Shown: piece after piece, positions 7,729-15,394 of the stretch
Numbering within the stretch: the first letter of the stretch is position 1
How the letters are laid out: each line of letters begins with the position of its first letter
IMG/VR virus record: IMGVR_UViG_2565956721_000004
Span: 1-31,930 of that record
Strand: one strand, 5' to 3'
Length of the DNA: 31,930 bases
Source: a virus
Lineage: Duplodnaviria > Heunggongvirae > Uroviricota > Caudoviricetes
Position numbers and translations under genes: made by a program
Notes under the pieces: model-generated
Told to the model about the DNA's origin: nothing
The model's database searches: none
Seen by the model: only the letters and a program-made list of their open reading frames with translations

Positions 7729-7783
7729 CCGTTGATTAACTCTAGTTATTAGAGAACCGAACTTTTATTGATGGGGCAGGGAG

Positions 7784-8176
7784 ATGAAGAAACTTGTTTT
7801 AGTCGCAGGTGTAATGATTGCAACAGTAATGTTGGGAGGGTGTGCAGCAAAGGTCGATCCAGCGTTGAAAGCAGAAGCAATGAAGCCACTAACATGTAAT
7901 GATGAAAAGCAATGTGACTTTTATTGGAAACGAGCGCAATTCTGGTTGGCTAATAATTCCTCATGGAAAATTCAAACGGCGACAGACACGCTAATTTCCA
8001 CTTATAATCCCTCTCCAAATAGTCCATTCCTCGCTTATCAAGTGAGTAAAATGCCAAATGAAGATGGATCCTCAAGAATTTTCATCAAGCCTTTTTGCGA
8101 TAATATGTTTGGCTGTCAACCAAACCCCTATCAGGCAGTTGTTTCCTTTAAAAACTTCGTTAAAACAGGGCAGTAG
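7784..8176 (+). CDS. Secreted lipoprotein of unknown function (cargo; possible superinfection-exclusion factor)
   Basis: GGGCAGGGAG RBS; signal peptide with lipobox MLGG-C (MKKLVLVAGVMIATVMLGGC); four further Cys in the mature part. Not part of the Qin backbone as I recall it. Confidence 0.6.
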   Translation: MKKLVLVAGVMIATVMLGGCAAKVDPALKAEAMKPLTCNDEKQCDFYWKRAQFWLANNSSWKIQTATDTLISTYNPSPNSPFLAYQVSKMPNEDGSSRIFIKPFCDNMFGCQPNPYQAVVSFKNFVKTGQ

Positions 8177-8375
8177 TGTATAGCTTGGACGATAAATTAT
8201 TAGTGAAAACGCCGTAAACCCTCACCCAATGTGGACTAAGTCTATCAAACATGACTGTGATGATTAGTCCGTAGTTGTTGCCTATGAAATCTGGATTGAG
8301 TCAGGGTTTAATCCAATAATTATTCTATCGTTCCTTTACAAGTCCGGTATATTACTTTCAGTTTGTTTTAGCATA

Positions 8376-8400
8376 CCCGCTTCGGCGGGTTTTGTTTTTT
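8376..8400 (+). terminator. Intrinsic terminator CCCGCTTCGGCGGG + TTTTGTTTTTT
   Basis: Strong GC hairpin with tetraloop and U-tract; it overlaps the track start of ORF 8392, arguing that ORF starts later. Confidence 0.6.
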
Positions 8401-8472
8401 CCTGGCATTCTGGTTTACAATTCGCACGCCAGCCTGAACAACTGGCACCTGCTGCGCCAGCAGAGACAACCG

Positions 8473-8751
8473 ATGGCGCACGATACCAAATTACACAATT
8501 CTGATGATTTTGCCGTCTTTGCCAGCAGGCACGGGCGGCGTTCCCGCACTTTCAAATCTGACTGGTTCCAGCATGACCCATGCACTGAAGAACAGGCCGA
8601 GTGGCTAATTCAGTGCTACCGCAGACACGGATACGAGATTAAGAAAGCCCTCAGCCTCGATTATCGTCACTGGATAATCTCCGTCAGGCTTCCTTACTCC
8701 GAACGCCCACCGCGTCCGTCCCGCACATTCCAGCAACGCATCTGGAGGTAA
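8473..8751 (+). CDS. Hypothetical small protein (positionally Rem-like)
   Basis: Internal ATG at 8473 downstream of the terminator, in frame with track ORF 8392-8751; sits between hok and the DUF968 gene as rem does in Qin (recalled). Weak RBS. Confidence 0.4.
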   Translation: MAHDTKLHNSDDFAVFASRHGRRSRTFKSDWFQHDPCTEEQAEWLIQCYRRHGYEIKKALSLDYRHWIISVRLPYSERPPRPSRTFQQRIWR

Positions 8752-8752
8752 C

Positions 8753-9811
8753 GTGCGAGTATTACTTCGACCTGTTCTGGTACCGGAACTCGGGCTGGTG
8801 ATCGTTAAGCCGGGCCGTGAATCCATGCCGGTATTCCACAATACCCGGGTACTGGTGGAGCCGGAACCGAAAAGCATGCGTAATCTGCCGTCCGGGGTTG
8901 TTCCTGCCGTTCGCCAGCCGCTAGTGGAAGACAAAACATTGCTGCCGTTTTTCAGTAACGCACGGGTGATTCGTGCTGCTGGTGGTGCTGGTGCATTGTC
9001 TGACTGGCTGTTGCGCCATATTAAATCCTGCCAGTGGCCACACGGCGATTATCATCACAGCGAAACCGTCATTCACCGTTATGGTACCGGCGCAATGGTG
9101 TTGTGCTGGCACTGCGACAACCAGCTGCGTGACCAGACATCCGAATCACTCGAGCAACTTGCTCATCAAAACCTGTCAGCATGGATGATTGACGTCATAC
9201 TCCATGCAATGAATGGCTCGCAGGAACGGGAATTATCGCTGGCTGAATTATCCTGGTGGGCGGTCCGCAATCAGGTGGCGGACGCGCTACCGGAAGCGGT
9301 ATTACGTCGTTCGCTGGGGTTGCGTGCGGAAAAAATCCGCTCAATGTACCGTGAAAGCGACATCGTACCGGGAGAGCAGACCGCCACTAGCATACTGAAG
9401 CAGCGCACAAAAAATCTTGCGCCGCTGCCTCACGCCCACCAGCAACAAATCCCGCCACAGGAAAAGACTGTGGTCAGCATTGCCGTTGATCCGGAGTCAC
9501 CGGCTCAGTATCTCCAGCGCCAGAAACCACAACGGGAAGAGATGCCTGTATACACGCGCTGGGTAAAAACGCAGAAATGCATGACGTGCGGTAATCAGGC
9601 AGATGATCCGCATCACATCATTGGTCATGGACTGGGAGGGATGGGAACAAAGGCTGATGATTTGTTTGTTATTCCGCTGTGCCGTAAATGTCATAACGAA
9701 CTGCACGCCGGGGTAAAAGATTTTGAAGAAAAACACGGCAGCCAGCTGTTGTTGCTGATTCGTTTTTTAATGCACGCGAGAAATTCGGGTGTTCTGAAGT
9801 GGAAAGCATGA
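8753..9811 (+). CDS. DUF968/YdfU-like protein with C-terminal HNH-like Cys/His motif
   Basis: GTG start with GGAGGT RBS; C-terminal CMTCGN...HHIIGH...CRKCHNELH; position immediately upstream of rusA as for ydfU-type genes. Confidence 0.7.
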   Translation: MRVLLRPVLVPELGLVIVKPGRESMPVFHNTRVLVEPEPKSMRNLPSGVVPAVRQPLVEDKTLLPFFSNARVIRAAGGAGALSDWLLRHIKSCQWPHGDYHHSETVIHRYGTGAMVLCWHCDNQLRDQTSESLEQLAHQNLSAWMIDVILHAMNGSQERELSLAELSWWAVRNQVADALPEAVLRRSLGLRAEKIRSMYRESDIVPGEQTATSILKQRTKNLAPLPHAHQQQIPPQEKTVVSIAVDPESPAQYLQRQKPQREEMPVYTRWVKTQKCMTCGNQADDPHHIIGHGLGGMGTKADDLFVIPLCRKCHNELHAGVKDFEEKHGSQLLLLIRFLMHARNSGVLKWKA

Positions 9812-10177
9812 ATGACTGAACGCATAGAATTTGTTTTGCCTTACCCGCCGACGGTGAATACCTACTGGCGACGTCATGGCAATACGTATTTCATCTCGGA
9901 AGCCGGAAAGCGTTATCGCCGTGATGTGGCGCTAATTGTTCGCCAGCAGCGGCTGAAATTAAGCCTGTCCGGAAGGCTGGCGATAAAGATTATTGCAGAG
10001 CCACCGGATAAGCGCCGCCGCGACCTGGACAATATCCTGAAGGCACCACTGGATGCGCTTACGCATGCCGGACTACTTATAGACGACGAGCAGTTTGATG
10101 AAATCAATATTGTGCGCGGTCAGCTCGTTCCTGGTGGGCGGCTGGGGATAAAAATCACAGAACTGGAGTGCGCATGA
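9812..10177 (+). CDS. rusA: Holliday-junction resolvase RusA
   Basis: 121 aa; the conserved RRRDLDN...KA..DALT.AG...DD motif block matches RusA. Confidence 0.85.
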   Translation: MTERIEFVLPYPPTVNTYWRRHGNTYFISEAGKRYRRDVALIVRQQRLKLSLSGRLAIKIIAEPPDKRRRDLDNILKAPLDALTHAGLLIDDEQFDEINIVRGQLVPGGRLGIKITELECA

Positions 10178-10863
10178 ATAACCAGTATTTACAGTTTGTG
10201 CGTGAGCAGCTCATTATCGCCACCGCTGATTTGAGTGGGGCAACAAAAGGTCAGCTTGAAGCCTGGCAAGAGAATGCCATGTTCGATACAGGGCGTTACA
10301 GGCGAAAAAAAATCCGGTACCGCGATGAAGTGACTGGAAAAATGATAACGCGGGATAATCCACCAATCCCGGGAAAGCAATCGCTGGCGAAGGGGACGTC
10401 AATTCCTCTGGTCAGTCCGGTTGAGTTTTCGACATCATCGTGGCGGCGGGCTGTTCTGTCTCTTGAAGAACATCATAAAGCCTGGTTGTTGTGGTGTTAC
10501 AGCGGGAGTATTTGTTGGGAATATCAGATCGCGATAACACAGTGGGCGTGGAATGAATTTAATACTCAATCCGGTACCAGAAAAATTGCAGGGAAAACGC
10601 AGGAACGCCTGAAAAAATTAATCTGGCTGGCGGCGCAGGCAGTAAAAGCAGAACTTTTTGGTGGGGAAGGTTATGAATACCAGGAGCTGGCATTACTGGC
10701 GGGAGTGACAACTAAAAACTGGTCCAAAACATTTACTCGTCACTGGGTTGCAATGAAACACATTTTTCACCGACTGGATAGTGAGGCTTTATTGTTTGTA
10801 ATGAGAACACGTTCAAAACAAAAGGCGGCATTTTCAAAGCAAAGTGTTGCAAAAGTAGATTGA
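10174..10863 (+). CDS. Putative late-gene antiterminator (Q-like), assigned mainly by position
   Basis: ATG 10174 overlaps rusA stop (ATGA) with GGAG RBS; it is the last gene before the PR'/tR'-like promoter-terminator pair, tRNAs and lysis genes. No motif-level confirmation. Confidence 0.45.
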   Translation: MNNQYLQFVREQLIIATADLSGATKGQLEAWQENAMFDTGRYRRKKIRYRDEVTGKMITRDNPPIPGKQSLAKGTSIPLVSPVEFSTSSWRRAVLSLEEHHKAWLLWCYSGSICWEYQIAITQWAWNEFNTQSGTRKIAGKTQERLKKLIWLAAQAVKAELFGGEGYEYQELALLAGVTTKNWSKTFTRHWVAMKHIFHRLDSEALLFVMRTRSKQKAAFSKQSVAKVD

Positions 10864-10875
10864 AAGGCATATATT
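10847..10875 (+). promoter_or_regulatory. PR'-like late promoter: -35 TTGCAA, 17-bp spacer, -10 TATATT
   Basis: Near-consensus sigma70 promoter overlapping the 3' end of the Q-like gene, about 55 nt upstream of an intrinsic terminator. Confidence 0.45.
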
Positions 10876-10930
10876 TCATGCAAATCTGATATTTTGCCGA
10901 TTTTGTACGTGATGGCAAAAGCAAACAAAA

Positions 10931-10953
10931 CCCGCCCACAAGCGGGTTTTTTT
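10931..10953 (+). terminator. tR'-like intrinsic terminator (CCCGC-CCACAA-GCGGG + T7)
   Basis: Read directly; A-run upstream and U-run downstream could make it bidirectional. Confidence 0.6.
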
Positions 10954-11035
10954 ATGCCACTTATCTCGGATAGACATGGTGAATGCGCTGGTGGAGGAAG
11001 TAAGGGTGATTTTTAACCAGGTGATTTTTGAATGC

Positions 11036-11064
11036 TTGCAACATTGATTTCGTAACGTTATTAT
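11036..11064 (+). promoter_or_regulatory. tRNA-cluster promoter: -35 TTGCAA, 17-bp spacer, -10 TATTAT
   Basis: Read directly; ends about 10 nt before the first tRNA. Confidence 0.5.
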
Positions 11065-11073
11065 CCTGCGCCC

Positions 11074-11149
11074 GGCCCTTTAGCTCAGTGGTGAGAGCGA
11101 GCGACTCATAATCGCCAGGTCGCTGGTTCAAATCCAGCAAGGGCCACCA
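11074..11149 (+). tRNA. tRNA-Ile2 (anticodon CAU, ileX-like; formally could decode Met)
   Basis: Cloverleaf folded by hand: acceptor GGCCCTT/AAGGGCC, anticodon loop CTCATAA, T-loop TTCAAAT, 3' CCA; close to E. coli ileX as recalled. Confidence 0.8.
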
Positions 11150-11150
11150 A

Positions 11151-11227
11151 CCGCCACTAGCTCATCAGGAAAGAGCGTCAACCCTTTAAGTTGAGTGTGC
11201 GAGGTTCGAGTCCCCGGTGGCGGTCCA
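11151..11227 (+). tRNA. Atypical tRNA-like gene, anticodon UUU (Lys) with C at position 33 and 5'-CC start
   Basis: Hand fold: acceptor CCGCCAC/GTGGCGG, U8, D-loop with GG, anticodon stem TCAAC/GTTGA with loop CCTTTAA, T-loop TTCGAGT (one A-C mismatch in T-stem), CCA end. It is only 1-2 nt from its neighbours. Confidence 0.5.
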
Positions 11228-11229
11228 GT

Positions 11230-11305
<76 letters not shown>

Positions 11306-11308
11306 TAT

Positions 11309-11383
<75 letters not shown>

Positions 11384-11676
11384 GTTAGAGTCTTTCAGTC
11401 TGCGATGATGGGAAATCCCGGAGTGACTGAAAGACGTTTAAGTTATGAATGATCGCTTTTTTTTTGCAAAATTGCTGTGCAGAAATACTAACCTTCGGGC
11501 AGGCGATCATTCATAAGCACTCTGCTTTTATTCCGATTAACTGTGAGTGGTTTGTTGGATAGAGTGCTTTCCTTACTGTATATATCGTTTCGCCCGCTTT
11601 TGCGGTTTTTTCTTTTCAAATCCCTTTCATTTCTCAGTGTAAAACTACGCCATCCGTTATTTGCGGAGGTGAGGCT

Positions 11677-11892
11677 ATGAAATCCATGGACAAAATTTCA
11701 ACGGGCATTGCCTACGGCACCTCCGCAGGCAGTGCTGGCTACTGGTTTTTACAGTGGCTTGATCAGGTCAGTCCGTCACAGTGGGCTGCGATTGGTGTAC
11801 TGGGGAGTCTGGTTCTGGGCTTCCTGACATATCTGACTAACCTGTATTTCAAAATCAGAGAGGACCGTCGTAAGGCTGCACGGGGAGAGTAA
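11677..11892 (+). CDS. Class II holin / pinholin (phage 21 S21-type, dual-start motif MKSMDK)
   Basis: 71 aa, two transmembrane segments, charged C-terminus; sequence matches S21 pinholin as recalled. Confidence 0.85.
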   Translation: MKSMDKISTGIAYGTSAGSAGYWFLQWLDQVSPSQWAAIGVLGSLVLGFLTYLTNLYFKIREDRRKAARGE

Positions 11893-11896
11893 TTCA

Positions 11897-12247
11897 ATGA
11901 CTCAAAACTATGAACTGATTGTGAAAGGGATCCGCAATTTTGAGAATAAAGTTACGGTAACTTTAGCGTTACGGGACAAAAAACGCTTTGACGGTGAAAT
12001 TTTTGACCTGGACATCTCGCTGGACCGTGTTGAAGGTGCCGCGCTGGGGTTTTATGAGGCAGCAGCCAGAAGGAGCATCAGACAGGTCTTCCTGGATGTT
12101 GCTGCCGGGTTATGTGAAGGGGATGAGCAGTCGCCGGAAAAGCGCCCCGTAATTTTAGAGGCGCAGAATGTGTGGATAACCTACAAAGGAAAGCTACCAG
12201 GAAGAATTACTGGTTCTCTGAAGACTCCTCCGGAATCACAACCTTAA
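11897..12247 (+). CDS. YdfR-like protein (DUF1327-type) inserted between holin and endolysin
   Basis: 116-aa ORF between holin and lysozyme, the same position as ydfR in Qin (recalled). Confidence 0.5.
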   Translation: MTQNYELIVKGIRNFENKVTVTLALRDKKRFDGEIFDLDISLDRVEGAALGFYEAAARRSIRQVFLDVAAGLCEGDEQSPEKRPVILEAQNVWITYKGKLPGRITGSLKTPPESQP

Positions 12248-12310
12248 GTCACTGACCGGAACAGATAAACCTGTCCGTGGGCAGAAACCGATAAATCCTG
12301 ATAAATATCC

Positions 12311-12844
12311 ATGAACGCAAAAATCAGATACGGCCTGTCGGCTGCCGTTCTGGCACTGATTGCCGTCGGTGCGCCCGCGCCTGATATTCTCGACCAGTTT
12401 CTGGATGAAAAAGAAGGTAACCACACAACGGCATACCGCGATGGTTCCGGCATCTGGACCATCTGTCGGGGTGCCACGATGGTGGATGGAAAACCCGTTT
12501 TTCCCGGTATGAAACTGTCGAAGGAAAAATGCGACCAGGTCAACGCCATTGAGCGTGATAAGGCGCTGGCATGGGTGGAGCGCAATATTAAAGTACCACT
12601 GACCGAACCACAAAAAGCGGGTATCGCGTCATTTTGTCCCTATAACATTGGCCCCGGTAAGTGTTTTCCATCGACGTTTTATAAGCGGCTGAATGCTGGT
12701 GATCGTAAGGGCGCATGCGAGGCGATTCGCTGGTGGATAAAAGATGGTGGGCGCGATTGCCGCATACGTTCAAATAACTGCTATGGACAGGTTATTCGTC
12801 GTGACCAAGAAAGCGCATTAGCCTGTTGGGGAATAGATCAGTGA
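12311..12844 (+). CDS. SAR endolysin (T4-lysozyme-like muramidase with N-terminal signal-anchor-release helix)
   Basis: N-terminal hydrophobic SAR segment [16 protein letters not shown]; catalytic E...D...T pattern in [20 protein letters not shown]; pairs with the pinholin. Confidence 0.85.
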   Translation: MNAKIRYGLSAAVLALIAVGAPAPDILDQFLDEKEGNHTTAYRDGSGIWTICRGATMVDGKPVFPGMKLSKEKCDQVNAIERDKALAWVERNIKVPLTEPQKAGIASFCPYNIGPGKCFPSTFYKRLNAGDRKGACEAIRWWIKDGGRDCRIRSNNCYGQVIRRDQESALACWGIDQ

Positions 12845-13308
12845 GCAGAGTCGCCGCGATTATTTATGCTCTGGTTATCTGCATCATCGTCTGCCTGTCG
12901 TGGGCGGTCAATCATTACCGTGATAACGCCATCACCTACAAAGAACAGCGTGATAAAAAAGTCAGTGAGCTGAAGCAGCTGACCGCCACCATCGCTGACA
13001 TGCAGCAGCGTCAGCGTGATGTTGCTGCGCTCGATGCAAAGTACTCGAGAGAATTAGCCAATGCGAAAGCTGAAAATGAAACTCTGCGCGCTGATGTTGC
13101 CGCTGGTCGTAAGCGCCTGCGGGTCAATGCCAGTTGCTCCGCAGCCGTGCGTGAAGCCACCGGACCCACCAGCGTGGATAATGCAACCAGCCCCAGACTG
13201 GCAGACACCGCTGAACGGGATTATTTCACCCTCAGAGAACGGTTGATGACGATGCAGAAGCAACTGGAAGGGGCACAGCTATACATTCGTGAGCAATGTC
13301 TCAGATAA
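12841..13308 (+). CDS. Rz-type i-spanin
   Basis: GTG start overlapping the endolysin stop (GTGA); N-terminal transmembrane helix then coiled-coil periplasmic domain; contains the embedded Rz1 gene. Confidence 0.8.
   Translation: MSRVAAIIYALVICIIVCLSWAVNHYRDNAITYKEQRDKKVSELKQLTATIADMQQRQRDVAALDAKYSRELANAKAENETLRADVAAGRKRLRVNASCSAAVREATGPTSVDNATSPRLADTAERDYFTLRERLMTMQKQLEGAQLYIREQCLR
13061..13246 (+). CDS. Rz1-type o-spanin (Pro-rich outer-membrane lipoprotein embedded in Rz in the +1 frame)
   Basis: [20 protein letters not shown] lipobox and proline-rich mature part; fully embedded within Rz. Confidence 0.75.
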   Translation: MRKLKMKLCALMLPLVVSACGSMPVAPQPCVKPPDPPAWIMQPAPDWQTPLNGIISPSENG

Positions 13309-13463
13309 AAACCGGCCAAGGATAATCCGCTAAAGATTCGCCGGTGGCGAAAGAGAGCCAAGGTGTCAACCTACGCTATTACTTATGATAATGCAACAGA
13401 CGAAGCGGGACATATTGGCGCATAACAAATCAGTGCAGGCTAACTGCAGGAAGAACTTAGGGC

Positions 13464-13730
13464 GTGAACGTAGAAAACCTAAGTAACGCACATTACATCT
13501 ATAACGAGATGAAAGAGCTACAGCGACAGAAAGGTATACTGGAAAGTGGTGCAGGGCTTGGTGTGACAATCCAGTCTGCCTATCAATATAGTGCTTTTCT
13601 TGAGGCCATACGCCCGCATGCAGTTGCTGAACTTAACAGCCGTATTGAGGAAAAGAAATCCGCGCTGGTTAATTTGGGTGCTTCCTTCTCTATATACGAG
13701 CATAATAAGGCGGGTTGGAAACCCGCCTAA
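13464..13730 (+). CDS. Hypothetical small protein
   Basis: GTG start with AGGAAG RBS 10 nt upstream; no recognisable motifs; its 3' end encodes a GC hairpin (13700-13730). Confidence 0.35.
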   Translation: MNVENLSNAHYIYNEMKELQRQKGILESGAGLGVTIQSAYQYSAFLEAIRPHAVAELNSRIEEKKSALVNLGASFSIYEHNKAGWKPA

Positions 13731-13735
13731 AGCAC

Positions 13736-14275
13736 TTAGAAACTGCGTGGAGCTGTGGAAAGAATGGATGCCAGTTCTTCCTTCGATAAATCCCAGCTTC
13801 GATTTACAGCGTCAATTTTCTTAAACTCATCAAGCATTGCGTTATAGAGATGTTCTGTACGTGAATGAGTATTGGCAATGGGCTGTTTCTGTTCGGGGAA
13901 GCGATCAATTTTCTGATATGCCTCAATGATACTGAAGTAATCGCATTCATTATTACCGTCGAAACCTGGGAGCTGAATTGCCCCATCATGTATTTTTAGA
14001 TGATGGTCACGGACTAATTCTTTTTGCTCGTCATCACTAAGTTTCCTGAAAGCATTGGAAAGTCCGCGATACATATTCAAGACAGCAGTAACAAAATCAC
14101 GATCTTCTTTACTTGGTTCGTCAACATCCAAATGTGAATATTCGGCCTTGATAACCCAATCATTACCAGATGACACAGCATATTTAACAAGCTGTGGATC
14201 AATATCAGTTTCGATACCTAGGTGGATGGCAATGTCACATAACAAAATGGTATTGATTTTATCTTTAATATCCAT
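13736..14275 (-). CDS. YfbU-family (UPF0304-like) protein, antisense moron between lysis and packaging modules
   Basis: 179 aa, GAGGGT RBS; resembles E. coli YfbU in LPGFDGNNECDYF...THSRTEHLYNAMLDEF versus YfbU FLGFDAATEARY...THGFNAQTPMWEKY (recalled); opposite orientation to all neighbours. Confidence 0.55.
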   Translation of the reverse strand: MDIKDKINTILLCDIAIHLGIETDIDPQLVKYAVSSGNDWVIKAEYSHLDVDEPSKEDRDFVTAVLNMYRGLSNAFRKLSDDEQKELVRDHHLKIHDGAIQLPGFDGNNECDYFSIIEAYQKIDRFPEQKQPIANTHSRTEHLYNAMLDEFKKIDAVNRSWDLSKEELASILSTAPRSF

Positions 14276-14413
14276 GAGTTAACCCTCTGAAGTAAAAAGT
14301 AATATCTACACCCGTTGGCTCATGAAGTCTATTGATCTGTCTCATATCAGCAGCAAATCTATTCCATGGAGATACTCAATGCAGGTCACCTTTGATTTAT
14401 ATAAGGGCGAAAC

Positions 14414-14764
14414 ATGCCAGCACTAATCCCACGCGCCTGCCGTAAGCGTGGATGTGCAGGTACAACCACAGACAGTTCTGGTTACTGCGATAAACATCGT
14501 GGCGAAGGATGGGTACAGCATCAACGCGGACTGAGCCGCCACCAGCGTGGCTATGGCTCGAAATGGGATGCCATACGTGCGCGCATACTGAAGCGTGATA
14601 ATCATCTGTGTCAGAACTGCCTGCGCAATGGGAGAGCCGTTGAAGCCAGAACTGTGGACCACATCATTCCGAAAGCTCATGGTGGCACGGATGCAGACAG
14701 TAACCTGCAGAGTCTGTGCTGGCCCTGTCATAAAGCAAAAACAGCGCGCGAACGCATCAATTGA
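14414..14764 (+). CDS. HNH endonuclease (terminase-associated)
   Basis: Cys-rich N-terminus plus HNH core VDHIIPKAHGGTDADSNLQSLCWPCHKAK; located immediately upstream of terminase genes. Confidence 0.8.
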   Translation: MPALIPRACRKRGCAGTTTDSSGYCDKHRGEGWVQHQRGLSRHQRGYGSKWDAIRARILKRDNHLCQNCLRNGRAVEARTVDHIIPKAHGGTDADSNLQSLCWPCHKAKTARERIN

Positions 14765-14911
14765 TAACAGCTCCCATCTGCAGGGGAGGGGCGGGTCAAA
14801 TCTCTGCAACCCTGGCTGTTCAGTACCGCCGCCTGACCTTTCCTCGCATCGCCGCAGGTTCGAAAACTTTTTTTTGGAATGTGATTAAATGATTGATAGG
14901 TAAAACCGATT

Positions 14912-15394
14912 ATGTCTGGACCCCCGAAAATCCCGCCACGCCTGCATTTGATACGAGGCAACCCCTCAAAGCGGCCAGTTAAAGACCTCAAAAAAACCGC
15001 TAAAAAGGATGAAAAAGGTCTCCCTAAAATTCCGCAACATTTAGGGGCGCAGGGGAAGTACTGGTTCAGGCGAATGGCGGAAGAGCTGAATGCGGAAGGG
15101 ATCATTTCTCAGCTTGATGCGCGTGCGCTTGAGCTACTGGTGGAAGCCTATACCGAATACCGGCATCACTGCGAAACACTCGATGTTGAGGGGTACACCT
15201 ACCGCTCGGAAACGCAGAACGGTGATGTGCTGATTAAGGCACACCCGGCTGCTGCGATGAAAGCGGATGCCTGGAAGCGGATCCGGGCGATGCTTGCAGA
15301 ATTTGGTATGTCACCGGCAAGCCGGGCAAAAGTAAATACCGCCGGACCGGATAATGTTGATCCGCTGGCAGAGCTTTTAAAAGCGAGAGACTGA
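14912..15394 (+). CDS. Terminase small subunit (P27 family)
   Basis: 160 aa with typical P27-type sequence; stop overlaps the start of the large terminase. Confidence 0.75.
   Translation: MSGPPKIPPRLHLIRGNPSKRPVKDLKKTAKKDEKGLPKIPQHLGAQGKYWFRRMAEELNAEGIISQLDARALELLVEAYTEYRHHCETLDVEGYTYRSETQNGDVLIKAHPAAAMKADAWKRIRAMLAEFGMSPASRAKVNTAGPDNVDPLAELLKARD

Noticed and set aside
8392-8472. Upstream extension of ORF 8392-8751
   Set aside because: The first 27 codons overlap the strong terminator at 8376-8400; the CDS is trimmed to the internal ATG at 8473, though even that start is only moderately supported.
14765-14911. Possible cos site between HNH and terminase small subunit (GGGGAGGGGCGGGTCAAA, T8 run)
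   Set aside because: HK97-like phages with HNH + terminase usually have cos here, but I cannot identify the cohesive-end sequence by eye; left uncalled.
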